DNA of 51,460 nucleotides from an uncultured Rikenellaceae bacterium. Its GTDB lineage: Bacteria; Bacteroidota; Bacteroidia; Bacteroidales; VadinHA17. The notes under the pieces were generated by a model, which saw only the letters and a list, made by a program, of their open reading frames with translations, made no database searches and was not told where the DNA came from. The stretch is taken from NCBI GenBank assembly GCA_964426435.1, contig CAYRQY010000001.1, forward strand, positions 1-51,460, given 5' to 3'. Position numbers and translations under genes: made by a program. Shown here one piece after another: positions 9,333 to 17,167 of the stretch (positions are counted from its first letter, which is position 1; each line of letters opens with the position of its first letter).

Positions 9333-10664
9333 ATGAGCACCTTACTTAAAAAGTTACTTTTTATTCTGATCCTGCCGGTAATTTCGGTTACCATTCTGTA
9401 TGGTTCCGATGGCAATGGAATTGATTCAGGCGACACAGCCTGGATGCTGACTTCAACGGCACTGGTTTTGCTTATGATTCCCGGACTTGCGATGTTTTAC
9501 GGGGGACTTGTGAGGAGCAAGAATGTTCTTGGGACCATAATGCACAGCTTTGTTGCAATGGGTATTATCAGTGTATTATGGGTTATACTGGGGTACAGTA
9601 TGTGCTTTGGGCCTAATGTTCTTGGAGGCCTTTTCGGCTGGGACAAAGGCTATTTTCTTCTGAGGGGGATTGATTCCACCATAATGGAAGAGGGAATTCC
9701 GGAGTATGTTTTTTCTATGTTCCAGGGAAAGTTTGCCATTATTACCCCTGCTCTTATTGCCGGTGCCTTTGCAGAACGGATCTCGTTCAAGGCCTACTGC
9801 TTCTTTATTGCTATATGGAGCATACTGGTTTATAATCCTTTATGTCATTGGGTCTGGGCATCCGACGGATTTCTTTTCAATCTGGGTGCAATGGGTGCCA
9901 TAGATTTTGCCGGCGGTACCGTGGTGCATATTTCAGCAGGTGTTAGCGGGCTTGTTGCAGCCCTGTTTTTAGGAGCACGAAGAGGTTATCCATACAGGGT
10001 GATACCTCCCAATAACCTTGTTTTAACAATGCTTGGCGCCGGGCTTCTCTGGGTAGGCTGGTTCGGGTTCAATGCAGGGAGCAGCATATCAAGCGGACTG
10101 AGTACCGCCCAGGCACTAACTGCCACGCAGGTGGCAGCTGCAGCGGGTGCTCTCTCCTGGGTGATAGTTGAAAGCTTCCACCAGGGAAAGTCGACAAGCC
10201 TCGGTTTTGCCAGCGGGATACTGGCTGGGCTTGTAGCGGTAACACCTGCGGCAGGTGTTGTTGAGCCCTATGGAGCACTTATCATAGGAATAGTTGCTTC
10301 GGTCGTCTGCTACATGGCCATCCAGCTGAAAAACAAGCTTGGCTACGACGATAGTCTTGACGCATTCGGCATACACGGTGTGGGAGGAATTACAGGGGCC
10401 CTGCTGTTGACCTTCTTCATACGCAATTCATGGATGGAGGAGGCTGCTGCTGTCACAAACGGTTCATGGACAGTGTGGAATCAGCTTGGGGTGCAGGCCC
10501 TGGCAGTGCTTATTGCTTTGGCTTATGCCGGCCTGATGACATTCCTGATCATTATTGCACTTAACAAAATCATACCGGTCAGATCATCGAGCAGTGAAGA
10601 GATGGCCGGACTCGACAGGGCTTACCACGGCGAAAGAGGATACGGTATGCTGAACCCTAATTAG
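9333..10664 (+). CDS. amtB: Ammonium transporter
   Basis: 443-aa polytopic ORF with Amt-family blocks: DTAWMLTSTALVLLMIPGLAMFYGG, AIDFAGGTVVHISAGVSGL, LDAFGIHGVGGITGALL. Confidence 0.95.
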   Translation: MSTLLKKLLFILILPVISVTILYGSDGNGIDSGDTAWMLTSTALVLLMIPGLAMFYGGLVRSKNVLGTIMHSFVAMGIISVLWVILGYSMCFGPNVLGGLFGWDKGYFLLRGIDSTIMEEGIPEYVFSMFQGKFAIITPALIAGAFAERISFKAYCFFIAIWSILVYNPLCHWVWASDGFLFNLGAMGAIDFAGGTVVHISAGVSGLVAALFLGARRGYPYRVIPPNNLVLTMLGAGLLWVGWFGFNAGSSISSGLSTAQALTATQVAAAAGALSWVIVESFHQGKSTSLGFASGILAGLVAVTPAAGVVEPYGALIIGIVASVVCYMAIQLKNKLGYDDSLDAFGIHGVGGITGALLLTFFIRNSWMEEAAAVTNGSWTVWNQLGVQALAVLIALAYAGLMTFLIIIALNKIIPVRSSSSEEMAGLDRAYHGERGYGMLNPN

Positions 10665-10686
10665 TAAACTGAAAAAATCAGAAGAA

Positions 10687-11034
10687 ATGAAACTTATATC
10701 GGCTATAATAAGAGAGGTGCAGCTTGAAAGAGTGCGCGAGGCACTTATCGAGGCAGAAATTACAAGAATAACCGTAAGCCGTGTATCAGGCCACGGACGC
10801 CAGAGAATAGAGGAGGTCTACAGGGGCAGGAAAATTATCCCCGGACTCATCCCCAAGATCAGGATCGATATAGCAGTCAACGACAGTTTTGTCGACATTA
10901 CCGTGGATACAATACTGAAGTCGGCCCGCACGAACGGCCTTGAAGGCAATGTGGGAGACGGGAAAATATTCATCACACCGCTTGAAGAGTGCATAAGGAT
11001 AAGAACAGGCGAAAGAGGAAGCAGTGCAATCTGA
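10687..11034 (+). CDS. glnK: P-II family nitrogen regulatory protein
   Basis: 115-aa ORF with MKLISAIIR..., the T-loop GHGRQRIEEVYRG and the C-terminal GDGKIFITPLEECIRIRTGE P-II signature. It lies immediately downstream of amtB. Confidence 0.9.
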   Translation: MKLISAIIREVQLERVREALIEAEITRITVSRVSGHGRQRIEEVYRGRKIIPGLIPKIRIDIAVNDSFVDITVDTILKSARTNGLEGNVGDGKIFITPLEECIRIRTGERGSSAI

Positions 11035-11061
11035 TAAGAGAGACTGGTTAGTTGGTTGATT

Positions 11062-11095
11062 AAAGAACCCGGTAATGCAACCGGGTTCTTTTGTT
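11062..11095 (+). terminator. Rho-independent terminator of the amtB-glnK operon
   Basis: 11-bp stem AAAGAACCCGG / CCGGGTTCTTT with an 8-nt loop, followed by TTGTT, about 28 nt after the glnK stop. Confidence 0.7.
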
Positions 11096-11165
11096 AATAC
11101 CCGGACATCCTCAGATAATCTCAAAATCGTTGCGTGCAACGAACCTTTCAGTTATATCTTATGAC

Positions 11166-11270
11166 TTTTCCTTTTGCCTTCTGTCTTTTTACTCTTTACT
11201 CTTTACTTTTTACTTTTTCCTTTTGTCTTTTGTCTTTTGTCTTTTGTCTTTTATCTTTTCTTCCTATCTT
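11166..11270 (+). repeat. Tandem array of 15 in-phase degenerate heptanucleotide repeats (TTTNNCT; core TTTGTCT x4, CTTTACT/TTTTACT x4)
   Basis: Parsed by hand: ttttcct tttgcct tctgtct ttttact ctttact ctttact ttttact ttttcct tttgtct tttgtct tttgtct tttgtct tttatct tttcttc ctatctt. The array is almost pure pyrimidine on the plus strand and lies between the glnK terminator and the comM start. Confidence 0.9.
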
Positions 11271-11307
11271 TACATAGTGTTTCCTTTTGTGCTAAATCAT
11301 AAGGCTT

Positions 11308-12846
11308 ATGCTTGTAAGAACCTATTCAAGCGCTGTAACGGGCATTGACGCCGTCACAGTGACCATTGAGGTAAACGTGTCGGTGGGGATACGTTTCTTT
11401 CTTGTAGGGCTCCCCGACAGCGCGGTCAAGGAGAGCCAGCAGAGGATCGAATCGGCGCTGAGGGTGATGGGATTTCACTGGCCCGGCAGGCAGGTAGTCA
11501 TTAACATGGCTCCGGCCGATATACGCAAGGAGGGCTCTTCGTACGATCTTCCGCTTGCAATCGGTATCCTCGCTGCCGACGGCAAGATTGAACGGAGGGA
11601 GCTTGAGTCGTTCATCATTGTGGGCGAGCTCTCACTCGACGGCACCCTTCAGCCTGTAAAGGGTGTTCTCCCGATAGCACTCAGGGCAAGGAGCGCCGGT
11701 TACAGGGGAGTTATTGTACCCGTTAAGAATGCACGCGAGGCAGCTGTTGTCGACGGACTGGAGGTTTACGGTATGGAGAAGATCGGCGATGTTCTTGAAT
11801 TCTTCAACGGCACCAGGCACTTCACCCCCGTTAAGGTGGACCTGATGGAGATTTTTAATAACGGGGCTAATAAATATGATATCGATTTCTCTGATGTTCG
11901 TGGTCAGGAGAACGTTAAACGGGCACTGGAGGTTGCCGCCGCAGGGGGGCATAATATAATAATGATCGGCCCGCCTGGATCCGGCAAGACGATGCTTGCC
12001 AAACGTATTCCGACTATCATACCTCCGCTGACACCCGAGGAGGCGCTCGAGACAACGAAGATTCACTCAGTGGCCGGCAAGATCGACCACCACACTGCCC
12101 TGATGGTTAAGAGACCCTTCAGGTCGCCCCATCATACTATCTCCGATGTTGCCCTCGTTGGCGGGGGTTCATTCCCCCAGCCGGGGGAGATATCGCTGGG
12201 ACATAACGGGGTGTTGTTCCTCGACGAACTGCCCGAATTCAAGCGGAGTGTCCTCGAAGTGATGAGACAACCGCTTGAGGATAGGATAATTACCATCTCA
12301 CGGGCAAAGACAACAGTCGATTACCCTGCAAGCTTTATGCTGGTCGCTTCGATGAACCCATGCCCCTGTGGGTTTCATAATCACCCCGACAGGGAGTGTA
12401 TGTGCTCACATGGGATGGTGCAGAAATATCTCAACCGCATTTCGGGCCCGCTGCTCGACCGTATCGATATTCATATCGAGGTTGTTCCGGTAAATTACGA
12501 AAAGCTGGCCGACAGGGGTCCGGCCGAGCCCTCATCGGCCGTGCGCGAAAGAGTGGTAAATGCACGGGCAGTGCAGGCCCGAAGATTCTCAAATGTGAAA
12601 GGGATCTATGCCAATGCCCAGATGACACCTTCGATGCAGAGAAGATACTGCCAGCCCGACGAGACAGGCGGCAGGCTGCTCAAGACGGCAATGGAAATGA
12701 GGGGACTTTCGGCAAGGGCTTACGACCGTATACTCAAGGTGGCGCGGACAATAGCCGACCTGGCTGAAGCGGAGAACATAAACTCAGAACATATTTCCGA
12801 GGCAATAAACTACAGGAACCTCGACAGGGAGGGGTGGGCCGGATAA
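11308..12846 (+). CDS. comM: YifB/ComM family Mg-chelatase-like AAA+ ATPase
   Basis: 512-aa ORF with an N-terminal Lon-protease-like domain (GLPDSAVKESQQRIESAL), Walker A GPPGSGKTM, Walker B VLFLDELPEF, and the CPCG ... C-x-C zinc ribbon. Confidence 0.9.
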   Translation: MLVRTYSSAVTGIDAVTVTIEVNVSVGIRFFLVGLPDSAVKESQQRIESALRVMGFHWPGRQVVINMAPADIRKEGSSYDLPLAIGILAADGKIERRELESFIIVGELSLDGTLQPVKGVLPIALRARSAGYRGVIVPVKNAREAAVVDGLEVYGMEKIGDVLEFFNGTRHFTPVKVDLMEIFNNGANKYDIDFSDVRGQENVKRALEVAAAGGHNIIMIGPPGSGKTMLAKRIPTIIPPLTPEEALETTKIHSVAGKIDHHTALMVKRPFRSPHHTISDVALVGGGSFPQPGEISLGHNGVLFLDELPEFKRSVLEVMRQPLEDRIITISRAKTTVDYPASFMLVASMNPCPCGFHNHPDRECMCSHGMVQKYLNRISGPLLDRIDIHIEVVPVNYEKLADRGPAEPSSAVRERVVNARAVQARRFSNVKGIYANAQMTPSMQRRYCQPDETGGRLLKTAMEMRGLSARAYDRILKVARTIADLAEAENINSEHISEAINYRNLDREGWAG

Positions 12847-12889
12847 TTAAGTATGTAAGCAGGGGATTTATCTGATATCGGACCTGGTT

Positions 12890-13849
12890 CTATTCCAGAA
12901 GGAGTGCAGCAGCCCCGATCATCCCGGCATCCGACTCAGCCTGCGATCTTACAATCGCTATCGGGTCATAGATCATCTCCCCGGCAAGCTCGTAGAACCT
13001 GCTCTTTATCCGTTCGAAATAGAAATCCCCGAGATTCATAAGGCCACCGCCAAGAATGATCACAGGCGGATTGAAAACCTGGAAGATATTGTAAATGCCA
13101 ATGCCTATATAATCGGCGCAATCGGTAACAATCGACGTGCAGAGCGGATCACCGGCGTCAAGTCCCTGCTTCAGCAATATCCCGTCCACCTTTGAATAGT
13201 CAAAATTTTCCGTTATGGCCAGACGGCTCACAATCCCCTCCTCGCTTTTCTTCCTGAACATCTGCGGCAGCGTGAGCCCGCATGCACATGCCATAAGGCA
13301 GCCCCTGTTGCCGCAGGTGCAGATATAGTCACTGCCGGGATCAACTATTGTATGGCCGAACTCTCCTGCCGTTCCTGTCATCCCCCTGTAGATCCTGCCG
13401 CTGAGAATGATACCCGCACCTATTCCCGAACTGATCGTAAGAAAGATAAGGTCGTTGTAGCCTCGTCCTGCCCCAAACCTCAACTCGCAGTATGCCTGGG
13501 CATTGGCGTCATTATCCAGCCTTACCGGCACGGTGAAATGTTTGCTTAACATATCACGTAACGGAAAATTCCTGAAGCCTTTCAGGTTGGATGTGGTGAT
13601 GGTGTAACCGTCGCGGTAACGTATATGACCGGGAAAACCAACGCCTATACCTTCTGTGTCTTTCTCTGAAATTCCGTTTGCTGCAAGCAGTTGTTTTATC
13701 AGTTGTGCGATATAGTCAACAATCTCAAAATCACTTCTCTCAGTGTGATCATACACTGTCAGCTTATCGAGGATGGTACCATCGGGATGGACGAGACCCA
13801 GCGATAGCTTGGTGCCGCCAAGGTCAACGCCGCAAAGTAGTTTTTCCAT
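12890..13849 (-). CDS. ROK family sugar kinase
   Basis: 319-aa ORF with the N-terminal ATP motif GVDLGGTKLSLGLV, DNDANAQAYCE, GEFGH, and the ROK zinc motif CTCGNRGCLMA. Its ATG is 5 nt after the GRE stop. Confidence 0.85.
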   Translation of the reverse strand: MEKLLCGVDLGGTKLSLGLVHPDGTILDKLTVYDHTERSDFEIVDYIAQLIKQLLAANGISEKDTEGIGVGFPGHIRYRDGYTITTSNLKGFRNFPLRDMLSKHFTVPVRLDNDANAQAYCELRFGAGRGYNDLIFLTISSGIGAGIILSGRIYRGMTGTAGEFGHTIVDPGSDYICTCGNRGCLMACACGLTLPQMFRKKSEEGIVSRLAITENFDYSKVDGILLKQGLDAGDPLCTSIVTDCADYIGIGIYNIFQVFNPPVIILGGGLMNLGDFYFERIKSRFYELAGEMIYDPIAIVRSQAESDAGMIGAAALLLE

Positions 13850-13854
13850 ATATT

Positions 13855-16269
13855 CTATAATGACTGTTCGGTTCGGGCAATAATATCGTTCTGGGTATCA
13901 GGCGACAGTGTTGTGAAGAAAGCTGAATAACCTGCCACCCTTACAATAAGATCGCGGTATTTCTCGGGATTCTTCTGGGCGGCCAGCAGTGTCTGCCGCG
14001 ATACGATGTTATACTGAACATGCCATCCTTTCAGGGTGGTGAAAAAGGTCCCGAGAATTGAGAGCAGTTTCTTTTTATCCGACTCTTCCGAGATGACCGA
14101 CGGCGAGAGTTTCTGGTTAAGAAGAACTCCACCGAGGATCTTATCCGTCGGCAGCCTGGCTACCGATTTGAATACAGCTGTCGGCCCGAGCACATCTGTT
14201 CCCGACGATGGAGAACTTCCTTCGGCAAGAGGGGTGAAGGCCTTTCGTCCGTCGGGTGTTGCAGGTACGACCGAACCGGAGGGTACGTTGGCCGAGATGC
14301 TTGATGTTCCCGCATAATACCTGCATCCGACAGGACCCCTGCCGGCCCTTGTTGTTCTGTATTTTTCGAGTTCGTTTATATAGTCCATATATGCCTCCCG
14401 GAGCAGAAGATCGGTATAATCCTCGTCGTTGCCGTATTTGGGAGCATAGTTGAGCAGGATCTGTCGTATCCTTTCTCCCTCTTTCCCCTCAAAATTGTTC
14501 TGAAGGTACTTCATCAGGTCCTCCCTGCTGATCTTTCTTTCTTCGAATACCAGCTTTTTGATGGCGGCCAGTGAATTGCCCAGGTTGGCGATACCGACCT
14601 GCAGGCCGGAAATAAAATCATACACCGAGCCGCCCTCCTTGATGGTCCTGCCACGCTCAATACAGTCATCCACAAATGCCGAGCAGAGTATATCGGGGAC
14701 CATTTCCTCGAGTGCCAGGTCGGCAGCCCTGTCGATTTCTACCGAGGCGCGGGTATAAAATTCCATCTGGTGTTTCCATGCCTTCATAAGGTCACCGAAC
14801 TCCACGAACTCTTCGAACCGGCCGGTACCTTTGTGAAATACCTTTCCCGACATTGTATCGAGACCATCGTTCATGGCAGCGAGAAAGACCCGCATGAAAT
14901 TTATGAAGCTCATTCCTGTGCAGCGGTATCCCCATTTACCCGGAACAGCAACCTCAATACATCCGATTGCCGAATAATTGTAAGCATCTTCCCTGCTCAC
15001 CCCGAGCCTGATGAAAGAGGGGATCACGATCTCATCGTTATTAAAGGCCGGCATTCCAAATCCTTTCTCAACAACCCTCATGCACTCCATCATGAAATCG
15101 TTGCTGATGTTCCTGTGGAACCTCACAGAGAGGTTGGGCTGGGTAAGCTTCATCATACCGACCGACCTGAGGATAAGGTAGCTCAGTTCGTTGACTGCAT
15201 CTTTCCCGTCGGTGGTCTGCCCGCCTATAGTCACATTCTGGTACAGCGGACCACCGGCTGAATATCGGGTATGCGACCAGGATCGTATTTTATTGACAGA
15301 AAGCAACTTGAGCCACATGTTACCAAGCAGCTCCATCGCAAAATCGCTTGTGATTGTTCCGGTTTGAATGTCATTTATGTAAAATCTGTATAGATACTGG
15401 TCCATTCTTCCGAGTGAGACAGAGTGCCCGTTGCTCTCTATCTGTAGAACCAGCTGTATAAACCAGGTAAGCTGAAGAGCCTGGTAGAAATTTTCCGGAG
15501 GCTTCTCTGATATATGCCTGCAATTGTCTCTTATGACCAATAATTCTGATTTACGGTCATAATCCGGTTCCTTTTCCGATAATTCCCCGGCAAGATTCTC
15601 ATATCTTTTTATGAACCTGATTAAGGATTCAATCCCTTTTGTGAGTGCAGGGTAGAATTCGCTTTTTGGTGAATATTCAGGATCATCAGTATTAAGTGAT
15701 CCGAATTTAGAATTAATATGGTCGAGATAACCCTTAAGTCCGGTTTCCAGGATCCTCTCATTATTAACTGCAATGTGTGCATCGCCCGAAGTAAGGTTCC
15801 CTTCCGCCCTTATGATCCTTGCCTCATGGATTTCCCTGTTAAGGGGTGACATAAGCGAGTAGCCCCTTTCAATAAGAGTCCTGCCCTCCCACCATTTGCA
15901 GATCTCCCTGAGCTCTTTCTTCTGTTCTTCCGTAACAAAGAATGCATCACCCGGGCGTTTATCGAGCTCATCAATTTCGTTTTGGATCCAGGCAACTACA
16001 TACTCCGGGAAAACAGGGGCTGCCCTCGGTTTCGATGACTGGTTTCCTGCGAGCAGACTCCCGTCTTCAATATATATCGACATCCCTGCAAGTGTTTTCT
16101 CCAGGGCCAGGGCTCTTTTTACAATCACAGGAAGTGATTCGTTCTCCCTGTAAACTTCCGTGTAGATCCTTGCTCTTTCAGTGCATATCGTTGAAGGGGC
16201 CGAGAGCAGTTCTTCACGAAGTCTGGCTATCCTTTCCGTTATAAAAGCCTGTTTTGTTTCCGCGATCAT
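13855..16269 (-). CDS. Glycyl radical enzyme, PFL2/glycerol-dehydratase superfamily, YbiW/PflD-like (substrate unassigned)
   Basis: 804-aa ORF with the C-terminal glycyl-radical loop IVRVAGYSAFFTTLS and a single-Cys thiyl loop AIGCIEVAV. The blocks AEGNLTSGDAHIAVN, QIESNGHSVSLGRMDQYLY and FGMPAFNNDEIVIP match what I recall of E. coli YbiW/PflD. Confidence 0.9.
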   Translation of the reverse strand: MIAETKQAFITERIARLREELLSAPSTICTERARIYTEVYRENESLPVIVKRALALEKTLAGMSIYIEDGSLLAGNQSSKPRAAPVFPEYVVAWIQNEIDELDKRPGDAFFVTEEQKKELREICKWWEGRTLIERGYSLMSPLNREIHEARIIRAEGNLTSGDAHIAVNNERILETGLKGYLDHINSKFGSLNTDDPEYSPKSEFYPALTKGIESLIRFIKRYENLAGELSEKEPDYDRKSELLVIRDNCRHISEKPPENFYQALQLTWFIQLVLQIESNGHSVSLGRMDQYLYRFYINDIQTGTITSDFAMELLGNMWLKLLSVNKIRSWSHTRYSAGGPLYQNVTIGGQTTDGKDAVNELSYLILRSVGMMKLTQPNLSVRFHRNISNDFMMECMRVVEKGFGMPAFNNDEIVIPSFIRLGVSREDAYNYSAIGCIEVAVPGKWGYRCTGMSFINFMRVFLAAMNDGLDTMSGKVFHKGTGRFEEFVEFGDLMKAWKHQMEFYTRASVEIDRAADLALEEMVPDILCSAFVDDCIERGRTIKEGGSVYDFISGLQVGIANLGNSLAAIKKLVFEERKISREDLMKYLQNNFEGKEGERIRQILLNYAPKYGNDEDYTDLLLREAYMDYINELEKYRTTRAGRGPVGCRYYAGTSSISANVPSGSVVPATPDGRKAFTPLAEGSSPSSGTDVLGPTAVFKSVARLPTDKILGGVLLNQKLSPSVISEESDKKKLLSILGTFFTTLKGWHVQYNIVSRQTLLAAQKNPEKYRDLIVRVAGYSAFFTTLSPDTQNDIIARTEQSL

Positions 16270-17166
16270 TCAGAGCACAATTTTTGCAGTTATTCCTTCT
16301 TTCAATGCCATTTCAACGTAAGGTTCAAGATCGGTCCCAACAAGGCGCCTGCGGTTGCTGTAGCTGTAGTCGCGCCCGAGCATCCTGTACTTCTCTGCGC
16401 CAAAGTTATTAAAAGGAATTAAATGTACCTCCCTTGCGTTTTGCAGCGTGCCGGCAAAAGAGATTATTTCCCGCATTTCCGTTTCCGTATGATTAAATGA
16501 CGGGATCACCGGTATCCGTATGGTATAGACGGCCCCTGATCTGTCGAGATTTCTGAAGTTTTCCATGACAAGCTGAATCTCCCCGCCGGTAAATTCCCTG
16601 AATTTTGCCTCGTCGGTATGTTTGAGGTCGGCCAGGAACATATCCGTAGTATCTGTATACGGTTTGATCTTCTCCCATTCAGTATGAAGGGAAGTTTCTA
16701 TTGCCAGGTTTATTTCTCTTTGCTTTAATCCTTTAACGAGTTTTCTCAATTCTGGACCCTGCATAAAGGGCTCCCCTCCCGAGAGGGTTACTCCGCCGCT
16801 GCAGGTCGTAAAGAAAGGATCATCTTTACTGATCTCGCTGATCAACTCTGCAGGTTTTTTATTTTCGCCTGTTACGACAAGTGCTTTGGAAGGACATACA
16901 TCATTAAAGGGGAGGGGATCGGAAATTAATTCTCTTCTTATCACTGGTCTCCCATCCTTCATTATTATCGCTCCGTTCCCGGCAAGAGCGCAATCACCGA
17001 ACCCGTGGCACAACCTTTTGTCGTACATAATTGAGGGTAAGGGATCCTGGCTCTCGGGATTATTACACCACTGGCATCGCAGGGGGCAACCTTTGAAAAA
17101 GATAATTGTCCGGATACCCTCTCCGTCGTGAATGGAATATCTCTGTATATTGAAGACAGTGAGCAT
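16270..17166 (-). CDS. Glycyl-radical enzyme activating protein (radical SAM)
   Basis: 298-aa ORF with the radical-SAM cluster CPLRCQWCNNPES and an inserted ferredoxin-like Cys region (CHGFGDCALAG ... CPSKAL) typical of PFL2-type activases. Its stop abuts the GRE ATG with 0 nt gap. Confidence 0.9.
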   Translation of the reverse strand: MLTVFNIQRYSIHDGEGIRTIIFFKGCPLRCQWCNNPESQDPLPSIMYDKRLCHGFGDCALAGNGAIIMKDGRPVIRRELISDPLPFNDVCPSKALVVTGENKKPAELISEISKDDPFFTTCSGGVTLSGGEPFMQGPELRKLVKGLKQREINLAIETSLHTEWEKIKPYTDTTDMFLADLKHTDEAKFREFTGGEIQLVMENFRNLDRSGAVYTIRIPVIPSFNHTETEMREIISFAGTLQNAREVHLIPFNNFGAEKYRMLGRDYSYSNRRRLVGTDLEPYVEMALKEGITAKIVL

Positions 17167-17167
17167 A

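Noticed and set aside
11091-11348. 85-aa ORF spanning the heptad repeat array
   Set aside because: Its Phe/Leu/Ser-rich sequence is a direct translation artefact of the TTTNNCT repeats. It overlaps the comM start and has no coding signal.
13855-16269. Calling the GRE a pyruvate formate-lyase or a hydroxyproline dehydratase outright
   Set aside because: It has a single active-site Cys (GCIE) rather than the PFL Cys-Cys pair. No P5C reductase is adjacent, as is usual for HypD loci. The sequence blocks fit the YbiW/PflD type better, so I left the substrate unassigned.
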